Source of the DNA: Phoronis australis
Taxonomy: Eukaryota > Animalia > Phoronida
DNA length: 64,000 nucleotides
Assembly: GCA_002633005.1 (NCBI GenBank)
Contig: NMRA01000227.1
Span: 1 to 64,000, forward strand
Reading direction: 5' to 3'
Below are positions 37,011 through 50,249 of this stretch, piece by piece. Below the pieces are notes generated by a model, which was given only the letters and a program-made list of their open reading frames with translations, did not search any database and had not been told where the DNA came from. The first letter of the stretch is position 1, and the number at the start of each line of letters is the position of its first letter. The position numbers and the translations under genes were made by a program.

Positions 37011-37082
37011 CTGTACTCATCAGATCCATCGTCATCTTCAGTCTTCCTCTTTTTGGCTGGCCTTTCTGATTTAGGAAGGAAC
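37011..37082 (-). CDS. NOC2L: NOC2L exon
   Basis: FLPKSERPAKKRKTEDDDGSDEY, phase 2-2. Confidence 0.85.
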
Positions 37083-38040
37083 CTGTAGGCAAAACGTTCT
37101 CACCATACACCAAAATCGTAACTACAGGTCAATGTCAAAATACATCCAATGACAAAACAATAGAAATAGATGTGCACAAAATGATTTGTGGATACAATAG
37201 AGTTGAGGCTCATAGGCTTGAACAAATACTCAAAATATGTCAATAACGCCCAGTTATACATTCTAGACATTAAAAGCTAAGCTGCTTTTGGTCTTTAGCT
37301 TGACTCATTTTGAGATCTGCGGTCACTGATTAAAAAACACCTGCACGGGTGGATTTTACTTTTTGAAAAAAGTCAGCGATTAAAAATAAATACCACGCCA
37401 CAGATTTGATTTTCAAAAAAATAACAGACAAGTGTGTATTTTGGTCTGATGTTATCAATAACAGCATGCTTCTCAATAGTCGAGGTCACATCAACATTCA
37501 ACAAATCACAGAACAAATATTTCTCCCTAAGACTTTTGCATCAACAGAGCCATTCAGAGTTTAAGTACAAGGGGAATATGAAAACGGTTTAGCAACACTA
37601 AAAATTAAAAATCAACAAAACAAGTATATAGATATAGGAGACAGTGTTAGATGACAAATATCATATATCCAGCAGAATTACTCGATGCAAAAATTATCAA
37701 AACTTGTGAAACTTACTGTAAAATAGTTTCCCCTGACGTTACAGAGCCACCTGATTCCTTCTAGTGAGACTGATGATTGGTTCTCCCAACGTTTTGAACA
37801 CCATCTTACAGTTACTTCCAAAGTTGTGATTTATTATCTTTAACATCTAATTCCAATATGTACCACAGACCAAACATTAGATGTGTGACTGTAAATGTGT
37901 GTGTGATTTGAAAATCATTTGCATATGTGATGGATTCACTGTGAATTCCATTCTACACTGTGAACGCATGAGACCAATTGCCTAAACAGCATAAGAGTTA
38001 CATAATGCACAACAATAATGAAAACTGTTAATATCTTTAC

Positions 38041-38177
38041 CTTAATTCATCATCATCATCATCAGCAGACTCCCCACTGCTGGACTCAAACAGGGCAGAT
38101 AACTCCTTGCGTTCTTCTTCCGTGGCTTTGTTAGCCATCCGCGGTGGACGCTCAATAACTGGGATGTCATCCACAAG
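38041..38177 (-). CDS. NOC2L: NOC2L exon
   Basis: LVDDIPVIERPPRMANKATEEERKELSALFESSSGESADDDDDEL. Confidence 0.88.
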
Positions 38178-39313
38178 CTACAGCAAAATGTCAACATCAC
38201 TCAAATACAGCAGAATTTTATCTTTGATTCTAGCCCAGGAATAGTTAAACAAGACTGCTTCATTATCAACAAACTAGGTATAGTTATCCAATCATCCCTT
38301 TACAAATCAGCATGTACAGGGAAAGTTCTAGTCTTGAAGGACATCCTACACGGCCAATTTTCAGTCATTTTAGTACGACAAAAAACTAAAAAGTTCCGTC
38401 ACTAAAACTTACTGAATGTGTGCTTGTGGTTGATTATCAGAAGGATTTAAGTCAACACAATAGATAAAGTCTAATGGCCATTTATTTATTAAAAACAAAA
38501 TACATACTTCACTAATACCATGCCCGGGTAATCCACCCTGAATTTTTGCCAAATTTCCACGTAAGCGCCCACTGTTCGGGTAATCGCACATCCCCTACTT
38601 TGTGCAAATTTCAGCTTCTCCGGTAATCAACCATCGCCAATTTACCATTAACAAAACTTAAACTTGTGCTTTTGCTCGCATATTTGCCTCCAGCTCAGAC
38701 TTCCATGTTTGAAGGAAACATGGCATGCTTACGTACGATAGTCTAGAAAAGTTCGTTTTATATCTGGCATTTATGGAATAACTTACGGTACTAGCAACTA
38801 CCTTTTCCTAAATCGTCAGTGTTTTAATCAAGGAAATGAAATATAGTCACATCAACTCATCTGAAACAGAACTTGCTGATATAGTAAGGGGACTACCATT
38901 CGAGTTTCACAAAGTTCCGCGGGACGACATTTTGAAGCGCATTAATATATTTGAATACATCTGAGTTTTTAGCAACAGACTCGCGAAATCACCCTTTCAA
39001 AAACGAAATCCTGTTTCTGTTCAAGCCATGAGAAACTTAGTGGTTCCGTTGATTGCCCGAACTTACAAGTTCCATGCTCGAATGAACACCCCGCGCACGT
39101 GCCCAGTTCGGCTAAAATTTGGATGTAAGCGACCACTGCTTGGGTAATTGCCCACCCCAAACTTTTGCCAATTTTTGGTTTAAGCACTTACTGCTTGAGT
39201 AATCACCCACCCCCTGTCTCAGGGTTTCCCAAGTTAAACGACCATGGTGTTAGCCCGCGAGTTTACGGTGTATCACTTTATTTTTTAACAGACACTATTT
39301 CCAGTAAACATAC

Positions 39314-39427
39314 CCGGTCCTTGCCAGCAATCTCATACTGAAGCTCATGATCTCGTAGTCGCCTCCAGGTAGCGTAATATTTACCAATGGGAGTACCTTC
39401 CTGTTTGCATCTTATTTCCCAAGCATC
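39314..39427 (-). CDS. NOC2L: NOC2L exon
   Basis: DAWEIRCKQEGTPIGKYYATWRRLRDHELQYEIAGKDR. Confidence 0.93.
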
Positions 39428-40048
39428 CTAAAAATGTCCTTCCACTGTTAGACCACAGACTTCATATGATGACATAATCAAATATTTAATGTTGTTAAAA
39501 CAATCTTCACATCAAAATAAACAATTCACCAGCAAATATAGAGCAAAAAAGACTGAGAATGCAGTTAATATTAGTACAGTTAATACTAGTACAGTTTAAC
39601 ATATTCAAATGGAAAATTGTCAAGGATGACATAGCTTCCATTATATAGATAGTTGGTTTAACTTTAAACTAATTAGTAAACTTGATCAGTGATGAGCGTT
39701 ATCCATACACTAACTGTACAATCACTGTCTCTCATGCTCCCAAGTCAAAACTGAGCCCACGGATACTCACAGTTCAGAACTATTTACAGTGACAAGAGCT
39801 TCTGGCTCTATGACAATGCTTCACAGTAAAACATAGTCCTGTTTGTTCTAAATCTTGCACCAGTTTTGCTATTACACACCATTTCATTGAATTCAGCAGA
39901 ATTTTTTGATGTAGAATAATAGAAAATTTAATCTCATACATCCACAAACATATTGCTACTATAGCTATAACTGAAAAAAAATGCTATTGTTTAAAAACAG
40001 CAAAATTGAATGGAATTAAATACTGTACACAATGGAAAGAATAACCTG

Positions 40049-40324
40049 TTAGCTAACAATCACTAGATCTAATGTCAGATGACATAGATGTAAATTAGCT
40101 AACAAGCACTAGATCTAATGTCAGATGACATAGATGTAAATTAGCTAACAATCACTAGATCTAATGTCAGATGACATAGATGTAAATTAGCTAACAATCA
40201 CTAGATCTAATGTCAGATGACATAGATGTAAATTAGCTAACAATCACTAGATCTAATGTCAGATGACATAGATGTAAATTAGCTAACAATCACTAGATCT
40301 AATGTCAGATGACATAGATGTAAA
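40049..40324. repeat. Minisatellite, 46-bp unit, 6 copies
   Basis: Unit TTAGCTAACAATCACTAGATCTAATGTCAGATGACATAGATGTAAA. Confidence 0.95.
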
Positions 40325-40335
40325 GGGTGGCTTAC

Positions 40336-40479
40336 CACAGCCTTAACATCTGTTAGGTCAAGGGTCGACGTCTTCCTACGATGCCTTATCACCTTGCTAT
40401 TCTCTTCTACTTTATCAACAATTTGCTTGATCTGCTTGCAGAAGTTGGCAACCTTACACTTCTTCAAGAAGTCCTTCAG
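40336..40479 (-). CDS. NOC2L: NOC2L exon
   Basis: LKDFLKKCKVANFCKQIKQIVDKVEENSKVIRHRRKTSTLDLTDVKAV. Confidence 0.93.
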
Positions 40480-40730
40480 CTGAAATAGAAATTATCACAA
40501 GGTTTAAATGTCAACAAGAGCATGCAATTAACATATTTGAAAATTTTCAGTATCAGTAAACCACCAAACGAATCTTTTGCAATTTCTCTGCAAATCAATA
40601 AGGCTTGTCAAACGACCGTTAGACAAAATGGTGTGAGTAACAAATATCACTCAGTGTAAAGACAAAAAAACACGAATTTAACATTTAAACTGCAGATAGT
40701 GTGATATTACGAATCATGGCACATTTAAAC

Positions 40731-41421
40731 TGAGTTGAAGTTGTTGATTACCACCACCAGGTGGCTAACAGTGAGTTGTTGTTGTTGATTACCACCACTA
40801 GGTGGCCAGCAGTGAGTTGTAGTTGTTGATTACCACCACTAGGTGGCCAGCAGTGAGTTGTAGTTGTTGATTACCACCACTAGGTGGCCAGCAGTGAGTT
40901 GTAGTTGTTGATTACCACCACTAGGTGGCCAGCAGTGAGTTGTAGTTGTTGATTACCACCACTAGGTGGCCAGCAGTGAGTTGTAGTTGTTGATTACCAC
41001 CACTAGGTGGCCAGCAGTGAGTTGTAGTTGTTGATTACCACCACTAGGTGGCCAGCAGTGAGTTGTAGTTGTTGATTACCACCACTAGGTGGCCAGCAGT
41101 GAGTTGTAGTTGTTGATTACCACCACTAGGTGGCCAGCAGTGAGTTGTAGTTGTTGATTACCACCACTAGGTGGCCAGCAGTGAGTTGTAGTTGTTGATT
41201 ACCACCACTAGGTGGCCAGCAGTGAGTTGTAGTTGTTGATTACCACCACTAGGTGGCCAGCAGTGAGTTGTAGTTGTTGATTACTACCACTAGGTGGCCA
41301 GCAGTGAGTTGTAGTTGTTGATTACTACCACTAGGTGGCCAGCAGTGAGTTGTTGTTGTTGATTACCACCACTAGGTGGCCAGCAGTGAGTTGTAGTTGT
41401 TGATTACCACCACTAGGTAGC
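40731..41421. repeat. Minisatellite, 41-bp unit, ~17 copies, each with a CTCF-like core
   Basis: Unit GTTGTTGATTACCACCACTAGGTGGCCAGCAGTGAGTTGTA. Confidence 0.95.
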
Positions 41422-41449
41422 AAAGAGTGAGCAGCAGCTCTTGGTGTAC

Positions 41450-41551
41450 CTGAATGAGAGCTGGAAGAGCCAACTCAGGGAAGCCCACACTGTGCGAGTG
41501 TATGTGAAATTGTTCCAAAAGTATCTCATACAGCTGGTCAATTAGGCCTTC
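41450..41551 (-). CDS. NOC2L: NOC2L exon
   Basis: EGLIDQLYEILLEQFHIHSHSVGFPELALPALIQ. Confidence 0.94.
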
Positions 41552-42223
41552 CTGTAACAGTGTAAAGAAAAATGTAGTTTATAAAGAATACACCAAATTT
41601 TGTAATTTTGACCAAGTAACTTTTATATCCTGAAATATATGCAATTAGTGTCACTCGCATTCTCTCCAATAGAACCACTTTACATGAAATTTCACTAAGA
41701 TCAATCAAGGACTATTGAAGCAGAGACAATTAACAACAAAATTACTACACTTTTATTTTTCTTAATAAGAACACATTTTTCAAATTCCATAATGACTATT
41801 CATACGGTTTGGGGGATAGAAAGGCAAACACCAAAAAGAATTCAGAATAATAGACAGATACATTAGAAGTAAACATAAAAAATTAAATTGCCACTAAGGG
41901 AGACAACATTGTCGGATTTGTTTTAATAAGTTGTTGGCATTCACCGTCAACTTCATTGGAACACATCGTTTGCCAAATTTCATGAAGATTCTACAGAGAA
42001 GTTTAAGAGATACAACAGTGGACATTGGACGCCACACCAATATGGAGATAATGGTACGATGTATACAAGGACACGTAGAAATGCATAGTCAGCAACATTT
42101 ACACATACTTTTATGTAGAAATGCAACCAATTCTCAACCAATTCTCAACCAATTCTCAATTCCCAATACATTAAAGAAAGCCAGCACAGACATATCTAAC
42201 AGTAGAGTGATCACGGGTGTTAC

Positions 42224-42337
42224 CCTGAATGCCTTCTCTTGAAGTTGGGTCTTGGACAGTTTGAGAATACAAGAGAAGTTGAATGGCTTGAAACTGAGTG
42301 AAGCATGCTTCTTGTTGAAGTCTGTCTGTTCAAATAC
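42224..42337 (-). CDS. NOC2L: NOC2L exon
   Basis: VFEQTDFNKKHASLSFKPFNFSCILKLSKTQLQEKAFR. Confidence 0.94.
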
Positions 42338-42569
42338 CTGAAGCAGAACAGAATACCACTAAGTGTCTTGTAGTGCAATTCATGAATGCACAAATGTTGA
42401 TAGGAAATGGTCAACGCAACATCAAGTCAGTTCTTGTCACAAAAACATGCACACTTGAATGCAAGGCAAAACAATGATGTAAAATACTGATGAGATAATA
42501 ACTAAAACAGGTGATACTCTGTGGCATTATTTGTTATTTCATTGCTATGTCAACTATGAAGTGCTGTAC

Positions 42570-42681
42570 CTCCAGTAATATTGGTAAGACGGGTATGAAA
42601 GTTGCCGTATGTGAAGACAAAGTGTTAAGCAGCTTGGCACAATGGAAACGAAGGGGATAGAACTTGGCAGTTGGTATCAAC
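42570..42681 (-). CDS. NOC2L: NOC2L exon
   Basis: [37 protein letters not shown]. Confidence 0.94.
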
Positions 42682-44119
42682 CTGCAATAAACAAACAAAA
42701 AAAGGAAAAGGTATTGCCAGCTTTCCTTAAAACTGTGCTGACAAGTTCACAGACAACAGTCACATGAGAAGGCCATACATTTGCAAAACCTGTCAAACCT
42801 AGTTAGAGAGTAAAAAGAAATGGCAAAGCTTGCTCTTTTAGCTTGCCACAACATCTCATCATGACATTTATATCTAGATTTTGAGCACTTGATGACCTGT
42901 GGTATCTTGAATCTTCGGTATTCAACAACCACAGCTGTGGCAAGTTACAAACTTAAAGGTGACCAGCTACATATTGCTCACAACAGTTTTCATACTAACC
43001 AGTACTTGAACAATTGCAGTGGAATGTAAACCATAAACTATGTCTAGAAATAGCACGATTGGAAAGTACTGAGAATGAGACACACAAGGTTGTCATAACT
43101 ACACAGCAGAAACAACCGGGGCAAAGTACACATTATTCAAGTATTGATATCTTGCTGCTCCAGTATACCAACTGCAATCTACATTGCCCAATGCTACATG
43201 TAAACTTTGTTAGATGGCATACAACACACATGTCCACAAGAACAAGTCTTGGTAGATAGTATACAACACACATGTCCACAAGAACAAGTCTTGGTAGATA
43301 GTATACAACACACATGCAGTGTTCTCCATGGCCTGTTTTAACTCGACGCTGTAAGAGTTTGGATTTTGCTGCCTCGAGTTTGGAAAATGCGCGTGGAGTT
43401 TAGAAAGTGCTGCGTCAGGTTTGAACTTTTGTCCTGGCTTGGTATTTCAGCCCTCAACCCTAAAGCAGTGCCTGATTAACCAACATCAAGCCCAATACAG
43501 AACTTTGGAGGCAGTCAACACTATATGTATAACTTCGTAAGACACTACAAAAGTTTAAATTATAATTAACAAAATCTGCAAAAAAATTTAAATAACAAAC
43601 ATTTCATGGAGTCACCTAGCTTGCTTAATTAAATTACTAATCTACTTTGTCATTCTAACTTTAAAATTTTGCAAGTCAACCTATAAAAAAGCAATTTAAT
43701 TTGCTTAATAAAGACAATTTTGATTTTGACAGACATCTAGTGGCAAGTTAGAACTTTATGAGCTTATTAAACTTGACAACAGGTGTCACTAAAAACTAGG
43801 TCACATCAGAACTCATGTTAGTAGTACTTACTATGTCTAATTGATATTAAAATCGGCATTGGTATTATTAAAGGAACTTTCGATCTTTTGTTTGCTGCTC
43901 TGGGACTGTCAAATGCTTTGGAGAAATTATGAGATGCATTGGTAGGAAAGCTAAACTTTGAAGTGTCTAAGAAGTAGGTCACACCAGTGCAGTGTGCAGT
44001 TTTAAACCATATATAAATACCTCCAGCATAACCATGCTTATGGGTAGACAAAAAACAATGTCAATAACTGATATTCAACATTTGCATGGAGTTTGGAATT
44101 TATAATGTGGAGAACACTG

Positions 44120-44440
44120 ACATGTCCACACGAACAAGTCTTGGTAGATAGTATACAACACACATGTCCACAAGAATCAGTCTTGGTAGATAGTATACAA
44201 CACACGTGTCCACAAGAGCCAGTCTTGGTAGATAATATACAAAACAGATGTCCTCAAGAGACAGTCTTGGTAGATAATATACAAAACAGATGTCCTCAAG
44301 AGACAGTCTTGGTAGATAATATACAAAACAGATGTCCTCAAGAGACAGTCTTGGTAGATAATATACAAAACAGATGTCCTCAAGAATCAGTCTTGGTAGA
44401 TAGTATACAACACACATGTCCACAAAAGCCAGTCTTGCTG
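44120..44440. repeat. Minisatellite, ~42-bp unit, ~8 copies (related 2-copy array at 43220-43316)
   Basis: Unit ACACATGTCCACAAGAATCAGTCTTGGTAGATAGTATACAAC and variants. Confidence 0.9.
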
Positions 44441-44497
44441 ATATACAGACAGTTGTACAAACCTTGCTGAGATCTCCTAGGGAAGACCATCTACTTG

Positions 44498-44834
44498 CCA
44501 AGGATGGTCAGTTTTGGATGGCTATAAGTGGCTATAACTGATCACAAGGGTACATGGTACATACATGTCCACAGCTTCAGAGACACCCATACACACATAA
44601 TTAAACCTACCTGATTGTACCAAGGATGGTCTGTTTTGGATGGAAATGAGTGGTTACAAAGGTACATGGTACATACATGTCCACAGCTTCAGAGACACCC
44701 ATACACACATAATTAAACCTACCTGATTGTACCAAGGATGGTCTGTTTTGGATGGAAATGAGTGGTTACAAAGGTACATGGTACATACATGTCCACAGCT
44801 TCAGAGACACTCATACACACATAATTAAACCTAC
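44498..44834. repeat. ~112-bp tandem repeat derived from the 3' end of a NOC2L exon plus its splice donor
   Basis: CAGACCATCCTTGGTACAATCAG|GTAGGTTTAATT (- strand) occurs at the true junction 44834/5 and again at 44722/3 and 44610/1. Confidence 0.9.
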
Positions 44835-44974
44835 CTGATTGTACCAAGGATGGTCTGTGTTAGAGGGTAAATGAGTGGCTGTAGCTCATCACTGGGGTAG
44901 ATGGTACTCAACATGCGGGTCCACAGCCCCAGACAATGGATGTACTGCCAATTGTATACACCCTGGCTAGTCTC
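44835..44974 (-). CDS. NOC2L: NOC2L exon
   Basis: [46 protein letters not shown]. Confidence 0.95.
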
Positions 44975-45774
44975 CTGAGGAAATAAAGACACACGTTGAT
45001 GAAACATGACATGATTAGTTTCAAGAACCAGTCACTACCACATTTGCAAAGACTGTTGTAAGAAAAGAGTACATTGACTAAAAAAGATTTTATCAACAAT
45101 GCCTAACATGAGTGGGCTCCCAACTAGCCACACTCCTGTATTTAAAATAAAATTGAGCCCCTGGAAATCTACACAATGGCAAGTGTTGAATGTTTGATTT
45201 AATTTGACAATGCAACACAAAATGTGAGAGACTATACTGTGGTTGAATAAAGTTCATGAGTACTATATCTGACACAATGAACCACTTTTTTATCTTACTT
45301 TGAAGATAGCCATTTGTGACCCATCGAAACAATGCTCAAAAAAAGATTTCAGAAAAAACACAGTGTTGAATTCCCGAACTAGTGGACATCTTGTATACTA
45401 GAATAAACCCTGAAGACCAAGGAATGCCAGACTGCTTTAGACCTCAGAACAGAAGGGGAAATCCTGACACTGTTAGTTCGCATACAAGTTCTAATCTGTT
45501 GTCTTTGTTCACATATAACTATACTATGCAAAACAACAAGACCCAAATGACCAAAGAAATGTCTAGAATTTTACAATTACAGGAGCTTCTATTGTGGAAG
45601 CAGTTTACACAAAAACAAATTCGAATCCTTTTTGACAGAATGTTCCTTTCAGAAGCATTGCCAACTTATATCCAAACATCTGCTTAAAATCATGTGTCTA
45701 TATTGTTGGCAAGCCAATATGACTATAATGCTCACAATAACATAGAGCAAACTAAGACATAAATTTAAATGTAC

Positions 45775-45963
45775 CTTCTTCTTTGTGATGATAGCATTCC
45801 TCAAATGAATGGCCAGCTGACGAATGTAGACAAAGGCAAACTCATACGCAAGCAATATGTCCATACTCAGTATCTCCACCAAGGAGCGCTGCATGAAGTT
45901 TATCATTGGCAGTGATGTTGGCGACGTGAATTTAGAGTTCTTTACATATTCCATGTACATAAC
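45775..45963 (-). CDS. NOC2L: NOC2L exon
   Basis: [63 protein letters not shown]. Confidence 0.96.
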
Positions 45964-46612
45964 CTGAAATGAAATTAAAATTTTTTGCATCAATATTCCA
46001 TGACATGATCACCTTTAGCAATGAGCAATTTTCGGTCGCTGCGAACATAGCAAGATTTTAAAACTTGTTGGAATTTAATAAAATCACAGAGAAGAATGTG
46101 AATAACTCTCCATTTGCACAGCACAGGAAAAGGTAGCTATACTAATCCCGTTTTATCCAGAGAATAACACAGTTATAAATCACATAATACCACGGTCAGG
46201 TGTGGGATTACCATAAACAAGCATTTTCTTTAGAAGTGTTCTATGTACCATCTCGCGAATAACATAACATTAATGTCCAAAATGCTAATAAATTCTCACC
46301 AAATGCGCTCATCGCGGATGGTCAGAGTCTAACTACAGATCATGTCACTGGAATGTAAGGCTTCTCACAGTACAAAGTATATGTGTCTCAGACTTTGGGT
46401 TGGATGATAAAAAAGTAGACCACATCAAATGTGATTTTTTTATTCCTGTGACAGATTAGATGTTTGATCTGCTCTGAATGCAATGCATCTAAGTCTTACT
46501 ATCATTATATTGTCTTTCAAAGACCAACAATGCAAAAACTATTATGGAATTTCCAGGGTCTGAAACCCAACATAATGTCTTGGGTGAAAGTCTATCAATA
46601 AGTAATCTTTAC

Positions 46613-46726
46613 CTTCAAGGTCATCTTCAACAACTTGCTCTGCAGTAGTCTTGTCAGTTTGTTTATGGACAGAAAAGCCAGCACTCTTGACGTCTCCTCC
46701 CCTGAACTCCATACCTTCACCAGTTG
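46613..46726 (-). CDS. NOC2L: NOC2L exon
   Basis: QLVKVWSSGEETSRVLAFLSINKLTRLLQSKLLKMTLK. Confidence 0.94.
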
Positions 46727-48117
46727 CTACAAACACAAATCGGTAAATAAAACAACAAGAATGGATCAACTGAAATTTGAAATTTTCGGAGGTAACAACT
46801 TCCTTTATCAACAAAAACAGAAATAAAGTAAAATCAAACACGAAATGACAATTGACATATAAGATATGGTGTAATGAAATAATAAGATACATAATGTCTC
46901 ATTAGGAATGCATAGAATAAATACCACAAAGATCCATAAAAAATTTGGAAGATATTAAGCCAGATACAGTGACAGTTTGCCACTAGGGGACACCACACCA
47001 ATCAGATCCAAGAATCCTCTTCAGCCATGTTTCCTCACAAGGGACATGTATGGCATACGGCACAAATATTCAGACAAAATGACCCCAAATTCCCCCATGA
47101 CGGCTGAGTGGAAGTAACATTTATTGCCAGAATAGTCTTCCCTCATGGCTAAGAATGAATGTCTTCCCTCCGGCTAAGAATGCAGGGGAATTAATAAAGA
47201 CTGTAAATGCCGATGTACTCTGTGTTAGTAGTTTGACTATATTCGCCATCTGTTGGTGGTTTATGTGTTTGCTATGCGGCTTCTAGCGCATCAATTTTCC
47301 ATGTGACTAATTCTTCAATAGAATTTTGCATGTGTAACACTGTTTGGCAGACCATAGTTTATAGCTGTAACACGCTAATTTGGCTCATTCGTATTTCAAC
47401 GTCCTTACCGATGAGTTTAGTTGTGATTTTTATGCCGCAAATTGGTGTAAGTATATTGTACCTAGTTTTGTTACATAGTCATACTTCAACGTTATTGTAA
47501 TGCGTATTCTGTATTTTTAATTTCCATTTCCTCAAGTGGTTTGAAGTTGTTTGAATAAGTATGTATGCAATGTTATATATTGCAACTTTGTAAACGACCA
47601 ACGCATTGCTCAATTGTCTCATAGAAAGTTTTTTGTATGTTACAGTTGAACCCAGCAACTAAAAGTTTATGAACAAATAGTTTTTCAACCCAACTCATGC
47701 TCGCGTTCATCCATGTGGCTCTAAAGATTTTCAACCCAACTCATGCTCGCATTCATCCATGTGGCTCTAAAGATTTTCTCGACCAAAAGACAGTTGATAA
47801 TGTGGCTAAGCCATTCTGTAAACAATTTTTTTCCTGATGGCTACTGCCATAAATTTTTCCTGATGGCTACTGCCATAAATTTTTCCTGATGGCTACTGCC
47901 ATAAATTTTTCCTGTATATAGAATTATGTCATGATGGGAAAATGGTATTTTGTCGGATTACTCTCGTGTCATATTGTATTTCATGAACATTCACCAAAGA
48001 ACTTGGTAGATATTGAGACATGAAAAGAAAATACAAGACAAGGGGCAGCACAGTATTCAGATCTTGAACTTGGAATTTCAAAGAAATTGAAGCAGGCACA
48101 ATACAACACAAAAATAG

Positions 48118-48355
48118 TCACTACAAGGGGGTAATGGTAGTCAAATAGCCACTACAAGGGGTAATGGTAGTCAAATAGCCACTACAAGGGGTAATGGTAG
48201 TCAAATAGCCACTACAAGGGGTAATGGTAGTCAAATAGCCACTACAAGGGGTAATGGTAGTCAAATAGCCACTACAAGGGGTAACGGTAGTCAAATAGCC
48301 ACTACAAGGGGTAATGGTATTCAAATAGCCACTACAAGTGGTAATGGTCATCAAA
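48118..48355. repeat. Minisatellite, 30-bp unit, ~8 copies
   Basis: Unit CCACTACAAGGGGTAATGGTAGTCAAATAG. Confidence 0.95.
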
Positions 48356-48527
48356 TCCTCCTGAAAATCAACAGCCATCATGCTCACAAACACAAAATTT
48401 CATAAACATACATCAAAAACTTAATAGCTATTGAAGCAGTCCCAAACTTAAACTGTCACAAGTGCCTGGGGGACGCTACCGTAGATCTGTCTAACAATGC
48501 CAGTTATCGTAGATTGGCAAATTTTAA

Positions 48528-49825
48528 TAACAAAAGCAACACGGAGCGTTGAAATGCGTCCACGAATGCATCGCAAATGGTGTGTTTTTAGGGGTTTTTG
48601 TTTGTATCATCGAAATGGCCACTAGATGGTGCAAAATACATCGAATCCATCTGAGAACCAGAAAATGTTGTTTTTTCTTTAAAAGAAAGCCATTTACCAA
48701 ATTTCATTAAAATTCGTCAAGGAACTTCAGAGAAACAGAGGAAGATGAAAAAAATGGAAATGCTGCTAGGGGGCACAGTGTTTGTCGGTTTTGTCTAAAA
48801 GTTGTCGTTTTCTCTTGTTAACGTCATATGTGCTAAATTTAATAAAGATCCTGCAGAGGGCTTAGGAGATACAGGTATGGGTGCAAAAAAAAAAAAAACC
48901 CGCCACTAGGAGGCACCACAGTACTCGAAGTCATCGGAAAATCATCGTCAACCATCCCCTTTATAGAAAGAACATACATGCCAACTTTCACAATCTTCCT
49001 TAGAATGGTTTGGTTGACAGAGGGACGGACACCAAAAAACAGACTCGAAAACGGCCACTAGGTGGCGCAAACTACGAATCCATCCGAAAACAGGAGGATA
49101 GCCTCATCTCACTAATAGATGTCTATGTGCAAAATTTTTTTTGAGGACCTTTGAAGATACAGAGGTAAATGTAAAAAACTAAAACTGCCACTAGGGGGTA
49201 CACCGGTACACCAATCTATCCAAAAGTCGTCGTCGTCTGTTGTCACCTTCATATAAATATATTTGCTAAATTTAATAATTAAAAGATCCTGTAGAACGTT
49301 TAGGAGATACAGCCATGGGCGCAAAAACAAACAAAACTGCCACTAGGAGGCACCACAGTAGTCAAAGTCGAGGGAAAATCATCGTCAACAGTCTTCCTTA
49401 TAGTAAGAACATACATGCCAATTTTCACAATCATCCTTAAAGTGATTTGGTTGTAAGAGGGGCGGACGCCAAAAAAACGACTTGAAAACAGTAAAAATGG
49501 CCACTAGATGGCACAAAATGCCTCGAATCCATCCGAAAACAAGAGGATAGCATCAACTCATTAATAGATGTATTAAATTTCCCAAAAATCTGTTGAGGAC
49601 CTTTGAAGATCCAGAGGCAAACGTAAAAAATTTAAATTGCCACTAGGGGGCACAGTGGTATTTGGGTCAGTCCGAAACTCGTCACCCTCTGTTGTTAACC
49701 CCACAGGAACACACTCGCCAAATTTCAATAAGATCCTGAAAGGGGTTTAGGAGATACAGCCGTGGACGCCCAGACAGAGGTGACGGCAATATTCGACCAC
49801 ATATAAATATGTGAGCGCATAAAAA
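48528..49825 (+). mobile_element. HINE-like element, family A, full length
   Basis: 5' AACAAAAGCAACACGGAGCGTTGAAATGCGTCCAC, eight internal ~145-bp repeats, 3' CCACATATAAATATGTGAGCGCATAAAAA. Confidence 0.8.
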
Positions 49826-50249
49826 GGCAACTTGGGAATAAGAATACATCGAGTCTGTCTGAAATTGGGAAGGCAGTCGTTGCTATGTAAACAGATTGTC
49901 AAATTTCATAAAAATCCATTAAGGAATTTGGAGCTGTTCTAGTTTATACTCCATAAGGGAGGGAGAGGGCACTTGAAATAAAGAAATTACGTGTAACTGT
50001 CTTTAAAACAAATAAAAAATACCAGTTGTTCCTGTAAATAATACCCACTATTGGTGTTGTTTGACTCATAAACTAGTCGTGCTGAGCATCATATTATGAC
50101 CTGTTCCAGCAGCAAAACACACCAACTACATGTGTTTGATTGTGTAATTATTTGAACAATGTATTTCTAACATGTTTCCACTTCGATGCCAACTTTGTTC
50201 TTATTGGTTCACAACTCAGCCATTGATGGATGCCATTCATCCTAACTAG

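Noticed and set aside
46542-46892. 116-aa ORF as a NOC2L exon
   Set aside because: Wrong frame; the Noc2-like peptide is in another frame at 46613-46726.
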